From NCBI GenBank assembly GCA_009885745.1, contig VFKC01000025.1:88415-152414 (forward strand): DNA of 64,000 nucleotides. The letters run 5' to 3'. How positions within the stretch are numbered: position 1 is the first letter of the stretch; every line of letters begins with the position of its first letter. Below the pieces are notes generated by a model. It did no database searches, was not told where the DNA came from, and saw only the letters and a list, made by a program, of their open reading frames with translations. This DNA comes from Actinomycetota bacterium (GTDB lineage: Bacteria > Actinomycetota > Actinomycetes > S36-B12 > UBA5976). A program made the position numbers and the translations under genes. Shown here piece after piece: positions 1-9,411 of the stretch.

Positions 1-1
1 G

Positions 2-196
2 ACCGAATCTCGCGATGAGTTGGTTGAATCTCTTGAGGTACGCAAGTTAATTGATCGAGCAAAAGGGCTTTTACAACGACAGATGAACATGTCTGAGCAA
101 GATGCTTTTCGTTGGTTACAAAAGGCTGCGATGGATCGCCGGCTTTCGGTTCGCGGGGTTGCCGAGACCGTGATTGCTGAATTGGGCAATAAGTGA
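2..196 (+). CDS. ANTAR-domain response regulator, C-terminal fragment (5' end outside window)
   Basis: Frame 2 reads TESRDELVESLEVRKLIDRAKGLLQRQMNMSEQDAFRWLQKAAMDRRLSVRGVAETVIAELGNK, then TGA at 194-196. This is the ANTAR helical pattern of PdtaR-type regulators. It is absent from the ORF track because no start lies in the window. Confidence 0.7.
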   Translation, partial: TESRDELVESLEVRKLIDRAKGLLQRQMNMSEQDAFRWLQKAAMDRRLSVRGVAETVIAELGNK

Positions 197-777
197 TGGC
201 AACAACCACAACCGAAAATAACATCTTCACAATTCCAAACATTTTGAGTTTTTCTAGACTTCTGGGTGTTCCAATTTTCTTTTGGTTGATTGTGGGTCCA
301 CAAAATGATGGTTTGGCTCTGGCACTTTTGGCGATAAGCGCCTTCACCGATTGGTTAGATGGATTTTTAGCGCGCAAGTTAAATCAGTTCAGTCGCTTGG
401 GGGAGTTATTAGATCCATTGGCTGACCGACTCTACGTTCTTGCGGCACTCGTTGCGCTGTACCTGCGGAATATCGTTCCACTCTGGGTTGTCATAGTTTT
501 ATTAAGTCGAGATTTTGTTATGAGCCTCTTGCTCATTTCGTTAAAGTCAAAAGGTATCTCAGGTGTCCCAGTACATTTTGTCGGCAAGGCTGCCACGATG
601 AATCTGCTCTATGCATTGCCTTTGCTTTTGTTAGGAACATTTGCTGGTGCGCTAGGTCGAATGGCCCATATTTTCGGTTGGGCTTTCTTGATTTGGGCAA
701 TCGCAATGTATTGGTACGGAGCTTTTCTCTACTTTACTCAGGTACGTAAAATTGATTGGACGCAATCCAATGAGTGA
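193..777 (+). CDS. CDP-alcohol phosphatidyltransferase (PgsA2/cardiolipin-synthase-like)
   Basis: Carries the motif DWLDGFLARKLNQFSRLGELLDPLADRL, i.e. D-x2-DG-x2-AR...G-x3-D-x3-D, and is a multi-TM protein. GTG at 193 is immediately followed by ATG at 196. Synteny matches the mycobacterial pgsA2-gcvH block. Confidence 0.85.
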   Translation: MMATTTTENNIFTIPNILSFSRLLGVPIFFWLIVGPQNDGLALALLAISAFTDWLDGFLARKLNQFSRLGELLDPLADRLYVLAALVALYLRNIVPLWVVIVLLSRDFVMSLLLISLKSKGISGVPVHFVGKAATMNLLYALPLLLLGTFAGALGRMAHIFGWAFLIWAIAMYWYGAFLYFTQVRKIDWTQSNE

Positions 778-1600
778 AGTTTTGCCAGATTCTGATGCTG
801 GGGACCTTGACGCGTCTAGATCGAGAGCATCATTAGACTCCCTTCTCGCTGATGCCTTGACTTCTGATTACCCAATCAACGCTCCAAAAGTACCCGCCAG
901 AAAGAGAAGCTTGCTGTTTGCAGCAGCGTGCGCGACAGTCGTGACTATGGTGCTCGGGATAGCTTTAACTCAAAATAGGGCGCAATCTCAGCAGAATTCT
1001 GCAACGCGGATTGCCTTGCTCGATCGAGTCAAAGCATCAGACTCACGGGTCGGATCTCTTGAAAAATTAGTAGCGACTGCTCAATATGATCTACAGGCTG
1101 CCGAGAAGGCCAAACTAGCAGGAACATCTTTAGGCAAAGCCGCCCAAAAGAAATTAGCCCGACTGAGATTTGCCGCTGGCTTTACTGATGTGGTTGGAAA
1201 CGGGGTACGAGTCACAGTTAGTGATGGAGTTGATGACTTAACGCTAAAACCAGGTGCTGCACAACCTGGTCGAATCTTGGATCGTGATTTGCAAATGATC
1301 GCCAATGGTCTCTGGCAGGCAGGCGCAAGCGCGGTGAGTATCAATAACCGACGGTTAACTGCAACCTCGGCTATTAGAGCAGCAGGGGAGGCGATATTGG
1401 TTGACTACCGGCCTTTGAATCCGCCGTATGTGGTGCTTGCAATTGGACCAGATGCAGATGCGTTGGCTGGTAAATTCCGTGATAATCAAGCCGGGCTCTT
1501 ACTTGAACAACTTGCCAGAGCGTACAGCGTAGTCTGGACTTTAGAAACTATCGGTCAAACAAAGATACTGGCCGCAACCACAAGCTTCGGGGGTAACTAA
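770..1600 (+). CDS. DUF881-family membrane protein
   Basis: Contains GVRVTVSD...ILDRDLQMIANGLWQAGASAVSINNRRL, typical of DUF881. It has one N-terminal TM. ATG at 770 (MSEVLPD) gives an 8-nt overlap with the upstream gene; the track start at 752 is also possible. Confidence 0.75.
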   Translation: MSEVLPDSDAGDLDASRSRASLDSLLADALTSDYPINAPKVPARKRSLLFAAACATVVTMVLGIALTQNRAQSQQNSATRIALLDRVKASDSRVGSLEKLVATAQYDLQAAEKAKLAGTSLGKAAQKKLARLRFAAGFTDVVGNGVRVTVSDGVDDLTLKPGAAQPGRILDRDLQMIANGLWQAGASAVSINNRRLTATSAIRAAGEAILVDYRPLNPPYVVLAIGPDADALAGKFRDNQAGLLLEQLARAYSVVWTLETIGQTKILAATTSFGGN

Positions 1601-1932
1601 TGATTCCAGCCATTGGATTGTTAATCGGCGTTTTGATGGGCTTGCTCTTGCATCCCACTGTGCCTCTTTGGATGCAACCATATTTGCCCATCGCTGTTGT
1701 TGCTGCATTGGATGCCGTATTCGGAGCATTCAGATCAGTCCTAGATGGGATATTTAACGATCGAATTTTTGTTATCTCGTTCTTATCAAATGTCGTAGTT
1801 GCCGCAGTGATTGTATTTTTGGGCGATCAACTTGGTGTTGGGGCACAAATGTCCACTGGTGTAGTCGTCGTTTTGTCGATGCGCATCTTTGCAAATGTGG
1901 CCGCTGTCCGCCGACACTTGCTAAAGGCTTGA
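1600..1932 (+). CDS. Small basic membrane protein (sbp/DUF1290-like)
   Basis: 110-aa hydrophobic protein lying between two DUF881 genes, the conserved arrangement. Its ATG overlaps the upstream stop (TAATG). Confidence 0.7.
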   Translation: MIPAIGLLIGVLMGLLLHPTVPLWMQPYLPIAVVAALDAVFGAFRSVLDGIFNDRIFVISFLSNVVVAAVIVFLGDQLGVGAQMSTGVVVVLSMRIFANVAAVRRHLLKA

Positions 1933-1933
1933 T

Positions 1934-2659
1934 ATGGGCTCACACATTGCACAAAGACCAGCTCGCACGGCAGCCGAAGCTCGTTATCGATTGATTCGCT
2001 CCTTAAAGCCAAGAATGACCGGCACTCAGAGTGTAATCACGGCAATTTTTGTAATTGTTGGCTTTGCCACAACTGCCGCCATAACTGGTAACGGAACAAA
2101 TGGAATACTTGCAAATGCTCGACAGAGTGATTTAGTTAGTGTTTTAGACGATTTAGCACAAAGGCAGGCTCGCTTGCAGTCCGAGTACGATCGACTTGAG
2201 AATGCTCGAGCAAATCTTCTTGGCGGTGATGAATTCCAGGCCTTGAATGAAGCCAAGCGTCGTGCCGCAAATCTCACTTTGCTAGCAGGTACCGCGCCAG
2301 TGGCTGGACCGGGGATACGCGTGACAATTTCAGGGAATTTAACGGCCACGACCTTACTCGATGCAATTCAGGAACTTCGTGATGCTGGCGCCACGTCTAT
2401 CGAAGTTGCTGATGCAGATTTGTCGGTTCGAATCGTCGCTAACTCCTGGTTTGCCGATAGTCCAAATGGCGTAACGGTGAGCGACAATGCGCTGCGGGTA
2501 CCCATTGAAATCTCCGCTCTTGGCGAATCGAGCGTTCTTGAGCCAGCGCTTAAGATTCCTGGGGGCTTGCAGGACACTGTTGGCTCTGGCGGGGGTACTT
2601 TTAGAGTTATCGCAAGCTCAAACATAGAAATATCGGCAGTAGTGCCACTACCAAAGTAG
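1934..2659 (+). CDS. DUF881-family membrane protein (second copy)
   Basis: GIRVTISG...LLDAIQELRDAGATSIEV is paralogous to the 770-1600 product, and there is an N-terminal TM. Confidence 0.75.
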   Translation: MGSHIAQRPARTAAEARYRLIRSLKPRMTGTQSVITAIFVIVGFATTAAITGNGTNGILANARQSDLVSVLDDLAQRQARLQSEYDRLENARANLLGGDEFQALNEAKRRAANLTLLAGTAPVAGPGIRVTISGNLTATTLLDAIQELRDAGATSIEVADADLSVRIVANSWFADSPNGVTVSDNALRVPIEISALGESSVLEPALKIPGGLQDTVGSGGGTFRVIASSNIEISAVVPLPK

Positions 2660-2680
2660 TCAATACCGTACGCTAGCGAC

Positions 2681-3073
2681 ATGACAAATGTGCCAAGTGA
2701 ACTTCGTTACACCGCCGAACATGAATGGGTCGAGGTTTTAGACGCCTCGACTATTCGATTTGGAATCACAGATTATGCCCAGGACGCACTTGGTGACATT
2801 GTTTTTGTGAGCCTGCCGGGCCTAGATTCTGTGGTGACTGCTGGTGCGACATGTGGTGAAGTCGAATCAACAAAGAGCGTCAGTGACATTTACGCACCTG
2901 TTTCTGGAACGGTGATTGCCCGTAATGAGGGGATTGAAACGGCCCCTGAGATGCTTAACTCTGACCCTTATGTAAAGGGTTGGATTGCAGATGTTAGGGT
3001 CTCAGGAGATGCTAACGAGGTAGTTGCGAATTTACTAGATTCGCCAGCATACTTAGCGATAATCTCTGCTTAA
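2681..3073 (+). CDS. gcvH: Glycine cleavage system H protein
   Basis: Has the lipoyl-lysine motif GEVESTKSVSDIYAPVSG and the N-terminal YTAEHEWV. Length is 130 aa. Confidence 0.92.
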   Translation: MTNVPSELRYTAEHEWVEVLDASTIRFGITDYAQDALGDIVFVSLPGLDSVVTAGATCGEVESTKSVSDIYAPVSGTVIARNEGIETAPEMLNSDPYVKGWIADVRVSGDANEVVANLLDSPAYLAIISA

Positions 3074-3119
3074 GTTTGATTAAAAGTTACGCGCAATATT
3101 TTTCGGGAAGGTGTTTCAA

Positions 3120-3608
3120 ATGAATTGCATTGAATGTGGTCAGCCAAGTGATCAGCATGATCGTTTCTGTTCCTCTTGTGGCGCAACCTTGTCTGCGAAT
3201 CTAGAGCACACTGGAATAATTCCACTACTTGAGGAAGATGCGACTGAGCCTGAAACTTGGCTACCTGAATCTGTCTCAAATCTAAACGCCGGAAACGCAC
3301 AGTTAATAGTTCGTCGTGGTCCGCTTGAGGGTGTGCGTTTCACTTTGCCCGCAAATCGAGAGCACACAATAACAATCGGCCGCGCATCCGAGAATGACAT
3401 TTTCTTGGATGACGTCACTGTCTCTCGAAAGCATGCACGATTTGATTTTGATGGCGCCAACTGGCTTCTTACCGATGCAGGCAGTCTCAATGGAACATAC
3501 GTCAATAGATCACGGGTTGAAACCACTAACCTGCAAGACCAAGACGAAGTACAAGTGGGAAAGTTTCGTTTTATTTTCATAACTGCAAAAGATTCAGAGG
3601 CTAAGTAA
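3120..3608 (+). CDS. garA: FHA-domain regulator of the GarA/OdhI type with an N-terminal zinc ribbon
   Basis: The FHA core DIFLDDVTVSRKHARF...GSLNGTYVNR...DEVQVGKFRFIF is very close to GarA/OdhI. The N-terminus reads CIECG-x12-CSSCG. ATG at 3120 sits about 10 nt after GGAAGG, which fits better than the track GTG at 3111. Confidence 0.85.
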   Translation: MNCIECGQPSDQHDRFCSSCGATLSANLEHTGIIPLLEEDATEPETWLPESVSNLNAGNAQLIVRRGPLEGVRFTLPANREHTITIGRASENDIFLDDVTVSRKHARFDFDGANWLLTDAGSLNGTYVNRSRVETTNLQDQDEVQVGKFRFIFITAKDSEAK

Positions 3609-4343
3609 GTGCAGAGCTCAACTTCACAAAGTGGTGTAAATTTCGATGCGCTCATCAGTATTGGCGAAGTCCTGGTGCGGTTGCGTGAAGAGTTTCCTGA
3701 TATCTCAATATCCAAAATTAGATTTTTAGAGACAAACGGCTTGGTAACGCCAGCTAGAACTCCCAGTGGCTACCGCAAATTTTCTTTGGTAAATCTTGAA
3801 CATCTTCGTTATGTCCTGCGGATGCAACGGGATCACTTTCTGCCACTTCGGGTCATTCGAGCACACATTGAGGCAATGGAGCGTGGATTAGAGCCGCCAG
3901 TGATAAACGATGTTGCTCCAGCGCCACCAAAGTCACTTATGAGCCTCGATTCGCTCGCTACAGCCATAGCTGAAAAGGCCATTAAACTAACCTTTGCTGA
4001 ATTGGTGACTCATACAAATTCCAGCGAACAACTCGTGCAGGAAATGCTTGATTACGGATTGATAAAACCCGACAGTCGCAATCACTTCGGCAATGGGGCT
4101 TTGCGGATTGTTGCCCAAGTTGCTCACCTAGCGTCATTTGGACTCGAACCACGACACTTAAAGATTGTGGTCACCTCTGCCGCCCGAGAGATTGATATCT
4201 TCACGCCAATTTTGAAATCTGCCCGTTCTGGTAAGAATGTGGCCTCACCGGCTCAGATTGAAGAATTGTCACTAAACCTAGCTAACGGGATCTTGTCACT
4301 GCACGAACAGCTAGTTCGCGACATTCTCGAGCATAGACCTTGA
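3609..4343 (+). CDS. MerR-family transcriptional regulator (Rv1828/FtsR-like)
   Basis: N-terminal MerR HTH: ISIGEVLVRLREEFPDISISKIRFLETNGLVTPARTPSGYRKF. Its position after garA is conserved. Confidence 0.8.
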   Translation: MQSSTSQSGVNFDALISIGEVLVRLREEFPDISISKIRFLETNGLVTPARTPSGYRKFSLVNLEHLRYVLRMQRDHFLPLRVIRAHIEAMERGLEPPVINDVAPAPPKSLMSLDSLATAIAEKAIKLTFAELVTHTNSSEQLVQEMLDYGLIKPDSRNHFGNGALRIVAQVAHLASFGLEPRHLKIVVTSAAREIDIFTPILKSARSGKNVASPAQIEELSLNLANGILSLHEQLVRDILEHRP

Positions 4344-4365
4344 CTCTTGGACGTACACTTAAGGT

Positions 4366-4854
4366 GTGATTGAAGTAGAGGTAGTCGGCATTCGACTCGA
4401 GATTCCAACGAATCAGCATGTCCTGATTCTGCAAGACTTTGCGCAGTCTCGTTATTTGCCTGTGTGGATTGGACCTGCGGAAGCGTCCGCGATCACTCTG
4501 TCCATTGAAGGCGTCATACCACCGCGACCATTAACCCATGACTTGCTCGCTGATGTGATTGAGGGTTTAGGTGCTGTTTTGACCAGCGTCACCATCAATC
4601 AATTTGTTGATGGAGTTTTCATGGCGCTCTTGCAATTTGTCAATCATGACTCGATTAGTGCGCGTCCCTCCGATGCCATCGCGCTAGCAGTTAGGTTGGA
4701 TGTCCCGGTTTTTGTCGATTCGCAGGTTATGGATGAGGCGGCCCTAGATATTGATGAAGATGACGATGAAGATGAAACGGTTGACCCACAGATTGAACTG
4801 GACAAATTTAGGGCATTCTTAGATGAGATAAATCCAGAGGACTTCAGTAACTGA
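4366..4854 (+). CDS. Bifunctional nuclease family protein (DUF151)
   Basis: LPVWIGPAEASAI...RPLTHDL is typical of DUF151, with an acidic C-terminal tail. The position between two merR genes is conserved. Confidence 0.8.
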   Translation: MIEVEVVGIRLEIPTNQHVLILQDFAQSRYLPVWIGPAEASAITLSIEGVIPPRPLTHDLLADVIEGLGAVLTSVTINQFVDGVFMALLQFVNHDSISARPSDAIALAVRLDVPVFVDSQVMDEAALDIDEDDDEDETVDPQIELDKFRAFLDEINPEDFSN

Positions 4855-4977
4855 GTGCTTGAAAAGACCATAAACTGGCACTTGAGGGTTTTATTAAACT
4901 CTCAACCCATACTTTAGGTTTAATGTTCGGCGTGTCGTTGCCAAATGTCTTTGCGTGCGGTAACTCGTACACATAGA

Positions 4978-5020
4978 TTGAGGGGACAGGTTCCCCGTGG
5001 ATTATCCACCCTGTTCTCAA
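4978..5020 (+). promoter_or_regulatory. Imperfect 43-nt inverted repeat / stem-loop abutting the RBS of the downstream merR gene
   Basis: TTGAG-GGG-ACAGG (4978-4990) pairs with CCTGT-T-CTCAA (5010-5020). The inner hairpins are GGGGA-caggt-TCCCC and GTGGA-tta-TCCAC. The RBS AAGGAG begins at 5019. Confidence 0.35.
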
Positions 5021-5029
5021 GGAGTATAA

Positions 5030-5638
5030 ATGTCAGATGCTGGCAATAACCAACAAAATGAGTTGGATGCTGCGTTAATTGCCGCGGGCATGAAAGCACA
5101 AGAGCAGGGTTTACTTTTTGCCGATACATCCATGGCTTCCACACCTGAGGTTGGTTACCGTGGACCGATTGCCGCTGGGGTAGTGGGAATCACTTACCGA
5201 CAGCTCGATTACTGGGCTCGAACTGCACTTGTTGAGCCAACCGTGCGTTCAGCAACCGGTTCTGGCACCGCTCGCTTATATGGTTTTCGCGATATCTTGG
5301 AATTGAAAATTGTTAAGCGCCTTCTGGATACTGGCGTATCACTTCAACAGATTCGCGCTGCAGTAGAGCATCTACGTATGCGTGGGACGATGGATCTAAG
5401 CCAGGTGACCCTCATGAGTGATGGCGTTAGTGTTTACGAGTGCACCTCAGCCGATGAGGTTATCGATCTGCTAGCGGGTGGCCAAGGTGTTTTTGGTATT
5501 GCTTTGGGTCGTGTTTGGCAAGAGATTGAAGGCAGTCTTTCTGCACTGCCAAGTGATCGTAGCGAAATTGTGGAAACAGTTGAGACTTCTAACGACGAGC
5601 TTTCCATGCGTCGTCGTGCGCGAGTCGCGGGCGAATAA
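5030..5638 (+). CDS. MerR-family transcriptional regulator (Rv1830-like)
   Basis: HTH GITYRQLDYWARTALVEPTVRSATGSGTARLYGFRDILELKIV. ATG is preceded by AAGGAG. Confidence 0.8.
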   Translation: MSDAGNNQQNELDAALIAAGMKAQEQGLLFADTSMASTPEVGYRGPIAAGVVGITYRQLDYWARTALVEPTVRSATGSGTARLYGFRDILELKIVKRLLDTGVSLQQIRAAVEHLRMRGTMDLSQVTLMSDGVSVYECTSADEVIDLLAGGQGVFGIALGRVWQEIEGSLSALPSDRSEIVETVETSNDELSMRRRARVAGE

Positions 5639-5687
5639 CTCGCCGATTTTGATTGCTCGTAATAGTCTGTTCTTAGCCGTTGATTCA

Positions 5688-5766
5688 GTTTAGGAGAGAG
5701 CGCACAGCCAGTGCGCCGCCGAAGGGGCAATGCTCCCCAGAACCTCTCAGGCAAATGGACTAAGCG
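5688..5766 (+). promoter_or_regulatory. Glycine riboswitch aptamer (single aptamer) in the gcvP leader
   Basis: GGAGAG...GCGCAC-agcca-GTGCGC...CCGAAGGGGCAA...CTCTCAGGCAAATGGAC matches the conserved glycine-aptamer core (GGAGAG / ACCGAAGGGGCAA / CUCUCAGGCAAAAGGAC). It lies directly upstream of gcvP. Confidence 0.8.
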
Positions 5767-5848
5767 AATCGGCAACTCTGAAGTGACCTCATAACAGAGG
5801 GGGAGGGCCCTATTGGGTCTACTCCTGCTATGTGCTCCTGAGGTTTCC

Positions 5849-8734
5849 TTGTCTAAGAACTCCGCCAATACTTATACGTCCTTTGCCGATCGTCACATTG
5901 GCCCAAATGCAGATTCATTGGAATTCATTCTGGACTATTTGGGTTTGAGTTCTTTAGCTGACCTCACTGCAAAAGTTGTGCCAAGCAACATAGCCAATCC
6001 GGCCAGACTCGAGCTTGCAGAAGGCTCGAGCGAACCAGATGTACTCGCTGAACTGGCAGAGCTTGCTAGTCAAAATGAGATTCTTGTATCGATGATTGGG
6101 CTTGGTTACTACGCCACACATACCCCAGGTGTGATTTTACGAAACGTCACTGAGAACCCGGCTTGGTACACCGCTTACACCCCTTATCAGCCAGAAATTT
6201 CTCAGGGTCGCTTAGAAGCGTTACTTAATTTTCAGACAATGATCACAGATCTCACTGGCCTAGATGTTGCCAGCGCTTCTCTTCTTGATGAATCGACCGC
6301 CGCAGCCGAAGCAATGACCCTACTGCGTCGAAGTTCAAAATCAGAGCATCAAGTCTTTCTTGTTGATGAAGATACACATCCGCAAACACTGGGAGTTATA
6401 AGAACTAGAGCTGAACCGCTCGGGATAGCAATACAGACATTCGATACCCAATCGCTAACTGAGTTACCTGATGCCTATGCGATGTTGTTGAGTTACCCAG
6501 GCAGCAGTGGTGTTGTTCGTGATCATCGGGAATTGACTGCTCGAGCGCATACAGCTGGAGTTTTAGTCAGCGTCACAACTGATCTACTGGCCTTGACTCT
6601 GATTGAAGCGCCCGGCTTGTGGGGTGCTGATGTGGTAGTTGGTAGTGCCCAGCGCTTCGGAGTTCCGATGGCCTTTGGTGGTCCCCATGCAGGTTTTATG
6701 GCGGTACGAAGTGGGTTGGAGAGATCTCTTCCTGGTCGCCTTGTTGGCGTGAGTGTGGATGCCGATGGTAACCGTGCTTATCGACTCGCGCTTCAAACTC
6801 GTGAACAGCACATCCGCAGAGATAAAGCAACAAGTAACATTTGCACGGCACAAGTTCTTCTAGCCGTGATGGCATCTATGTATGCGGTTTATCATGGTCC
6901 AAAAACATTGCGGGCAATTGCCTCGGGCGTTCATAACAATGCAGTTACCTTGGCTAGAGGTTTACAATCCACCGGACTAGAAGTGACGGAAGATTTCTTC
7001 GATACAGTGCGAGTTAAAGTCCCAGGTTTGGCTCAACAGGTTTTGTCCAGTGCCCGAAGTAGGGGAATATCATTGTGGCTAGTCGATCAGGACACAATCG
7101 CAATTAGTGTTGACGAAACCACTACATCTGGACACATACAAAGTGTTTGGGATTCATTCGGGCAAGTAGTTTCGGGGCAGATTGCAAGTTCAGTCATTGA
7201 CGATCCAATCACAGTCTTACAACTACCGCAGAGTGTTCATCGTCGGAGTGAGTTTTTAACTCACCCTGTTTTCAATACTCATCACAGCGAGACAGACATG
7301 TTGCGCTACATCCGCAGACTCTCAGACAAAGACATCGCGTTAGACCGCTCAATGATTCCGCTTGGTTCTTGCACTATGAAACTAAATGGCACAACCGAAA
7401 TGGAATCAATCACTTGGCCAGGTTTTGCCAACATTCATCCTTTCGCGCCATTGGATAGTGTGAAAGGCTATTTGTTGATAATTGAACAACTCGAAGACTG
7501 GCTCTGTGAGATAACAGGCTACGATGCTATGTCGCTACAGCCGAATGCGGGTTCTCAGGGCGAATTCGCTGGGTTACTTGCTATCAGGGGATACCACCGA
7601 GCCAATAGTGATTTCAACCGTACTGTTTGCCTGATACCTAGTTCAGCTCATGGGACAAATGCTGCCTCAGCCGTCATGGTTGGGATGAGCGTCGTGGTAA
7701 TCAACTGTGATGAGCAAGGAAACGTCGACCTTGCGGATCTAGCCACAAAAATTGCTTTACACGCAGATGAAATAGCCGCATTGATGATTACCTATCCCTC
7801 TACCCATGGTGTTTACGAAAGCGCTGTCTCCGAGATTTGCGCAATGGTTCATGACGCAGGGGGACAGGTTTATGTCGATGGCGCGAATCTAAATGCGCTT
7901 GTCGGCTTGGCAAAACCCGGAAAGTTCGGAGCAGATGTTTCACACCTAAATCTTCATAAAACTTTTGCCATTCCACATGGTGGCGGCGGTCCTGGGGTAG
8001 GTCCCGTTGGAGTTCGAGCGCACCTAGCGCCATACTTGCCATCTCATAGCATTCGCCCAGAAGCTGGACCAATAGGTCGTGGGCATCTTGATGGTGGGGT
8101 AGGGGCGGTTAGTGGTGCTCCTTGGGGAAGTGCTGGTATTTTGCCAATTCCCTGGGCATACATTCGGCTCATGGGCTCGCAAGGGTTAACAAAAGCAACT
8201 CAAGTTGCTGTTGCTTCAGCAAACTATATAGCCAAAAAACTTGAGCCATATTTTCCAGTACTTTATGTCGGCGAAAGTGGCTTGGTCGCACATGAGTGCA
8301 TCCTAGATTTACGAGAATTAACAAAACAGACGGGCGTAACAGTTGATGATGTCGCCAAACGTCTCATCGATTATGGCTTTCATGCGCCCACAATGTCATT
8401 CCCGGTGGCTGGCACATTAATGATTGAACCAACTGAGAGCGAATCGTTGGCCGAGTTGGACCGTTTTATCACCGCAATGGCGCACATCAGAGCCGAGATT
8501 GATCGCGTTGGAACAGGTGAATGGCCAATAGATGACAATCCTTTGCGCAATGCGCCGCACACCGCCTCATATCTACTTGGTGACTGGAATCATCCATATA
8601 GCCGCGAAGAAGCTGCCTATCCTGTCGATACCCTTCGCGAGAATAAGTTCTGGCCACCCGTGCGCCGAGTTGACGGAGCATATGGAGACCGCAACTTAGT
8701 CTGTGCCTGTCCGCCTATTACGGACTTCGCTTAG
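5849..8734 (+). CDS. gcvP: Glycine dehydrogenase (decarboxylating), glycine cleavage P protein
   Basis: About 960 aa, starting FADRHIGP, with [21 protein letters not shown] and the PLP-lysine region HLNLHKTF. The track start (TTG 5813) lies in the riboswitch platform. TTG at 5849 sits 5 nt after GAGG and is preferred, but the start remains uncertain. Confidence 0.9.
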   Translation: MSKNSANTYTSFADRHIGPNADSLEFILDYLGLSSLADLTAKVVPSNIANPARLELAEGSSEPDVLAELAELASQNEILVSMIGLGYYATHTPGVILRNVTENPAWYTAYTPYQPEISQGRLEALLNFQTMITDLTGLDVASASLLDESTAAAEAMTLLRRSSKSEHQVFLVDEDTHPQTLGVIRTRAEPLGIAIQTFDTQSLTELPDAYAMLLSYPGSSGVVRDHRELTARAHTAGVLVSVTTDLLALTLIEAPGLWGADVVVGSAQRFGVPMAFGGPHAGFMAVRSGLERSLPGRLVGVSVDADGNRAYRLALQTREQHIRRDKATSNICTAQVLLAVMASMYAVYHGPKTLRAIASGVHNNAVTLARGLQSTGLEVTEDFFDTVRVKVPGLAQQVLSSARSRGISLWLVDQDTIAISVDETTTSGHIQSVWDSFGQVVSGQIASSVIDDPITVLQLPQSVHRRSEFLTHPVFNTHHSETDMLRYIRRLSDKDIALDRSMIPLGSCTMKLNGTTEMESITWPGFANIHPFAPLDSVKGYLLIIEQLEDWLCEITGYDAMSLQPNAGSQGEFAGLLAIRGYHRANSDFNRTVCLIPSSAHGTNAASAVMVGMSVVVINCDEQGNVDLADLATKIALHADEIAALMITYPSTHGVYESAVSEICAMVHDAGGQVYVDGANLNALVGLAKPGKFGADVSHLNLHKTFAIPHGGGGPGVGPVGVRAHLAPYLPSHSIRPEAGPIGRGHLDGGVGAVSGAPWGSAGILPIPWAYIRLMGSQGLTKATQVAVASANYIAKKLEPYFPVLYVGESGLVAHECILDLRELTKQTGVTVDDVAKRLIDYGFHAPTMSFPVAGTLMIEPTESESLAELDRFITAMAHIRAEIDRVGTGEWPIDDNPLRNAPHTASYLLGDWNHPYSREEAAYPVDTLRENKFWPPVRRVDGAYGDRNLVCACPPITDFA

Positions 8735-8995
8735 TGCAACATGGCTAGGGGCAGATCTGGGGCTTCTTTCTTGGTTTTGTCATAATGTATCTTATCGGCT
8801 ATTTATTCTATTGAACACAAGTTTCGATATGACATGTTGTAAGGGCGAATCCTGCGCATAGCCATGAGTCTGATATCTAATCTAGTCATTTATCCGAGCC
8901 CACTTTCGCGTTGACGTGTAACTGTTGAGAGTGCGAGAGAACAACTTTCATAAATTGTTTAGTTCTGCCGCTCACAGGGTAATACCTTTTCGATG

Positions 8996-9018
8996 TCGCT
9001 CAGAAAACTTCTGAGCGA
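8996..9018 (+). promoter_or_regulatory. Perfect hairpin in the rbpA leader
   Basis: CGCTCAGAA-aac-TTCTGAGCG, a 9-bp perfect stem plus one flanking T-A pair, about 28 nt upstream of the rbpA ATG. No T-tract follows, so it is not a classical terminator. Confidence 0.3.
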
Positions 9019-9045
9019 TCTGCTTCCCAGCGGAGGGTGAATACA

Positions 9046-9387
9046 ATGGCCGATTCAATGCGCGGTTCACGTTTAGGCTCAACGAGTTTCGAAGTGGACA
9101 AAGGTCTGCGAGTTCCGGTTCAGTTGACAACATATATCTGTCCAAATGAGCATCGCTCGACTTTTCCATTTTATGCGGGTGCCGAAGGCATTCCAGATAC
9201 CTGGACTTGTGAGTGTGGGCAATTGGCGGTCAAACTTGGCGCAACTATGCCGATTCAGGTGCCGGCGTGGACTCGGCGCAGTCATTATGAGATTCTGCGC
9301 GAACGTCGCTCGGTTGAAGAGTTAGCCGTGCTTCTTGAAGAAAGAATTGCGCTCATGCATTCAGGTGACGCAGTCAGGTCAGCCTGA
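9046..9387 (+). CDS. rbpA: RNA polymerase-binding protein RbpA
   Basis: MADSMRGSRLGSTSFE...CPNEH...IPDTWTCECG...RRSHYEILRERRSVEELAVLLEERIA matches RbpA, including the Zn ligands (C-x3-H, C-x-C) and the sigma-interaction helix. GGAGGG lies 8 nt upstream of ATG 9046. It is adjacent to ppm1, as in mycobacteria. Confidence 0.88.
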   Translation: MADSMRGSRLGSTSFEVDKGLRVPVQLTTYICPNEHRSTFPFYAGAEGIPDTWTCECGQLAVKLGATMPIQVPAWTRRSHYEILRERRSVEELAVLLEERIALMHSGDAVRSA

Positions 9388-9411
9388 CTTACACTCGTCT
9401 TGCCAGGCTAC

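Noticed and set aside
3152-3715. 187-aa minus-strand ORF covering the whole FHA gene
   Set aside because: It is antisense to a gene with unmistakable FHA motifs. Its product is Ser/Arg/Cys-rich low complexity with no motif, so it is a typical antisense-frame artefact.
5766-5848. Possible second glycine aptamer (tandem riboswitch)
   Set aside because: The region has a CTCTG...CAGAG hairpin but lacks a second CCGAAGG...CAGGCA...GGAC core. I therefore treat it as expression platform or ghost stem only.
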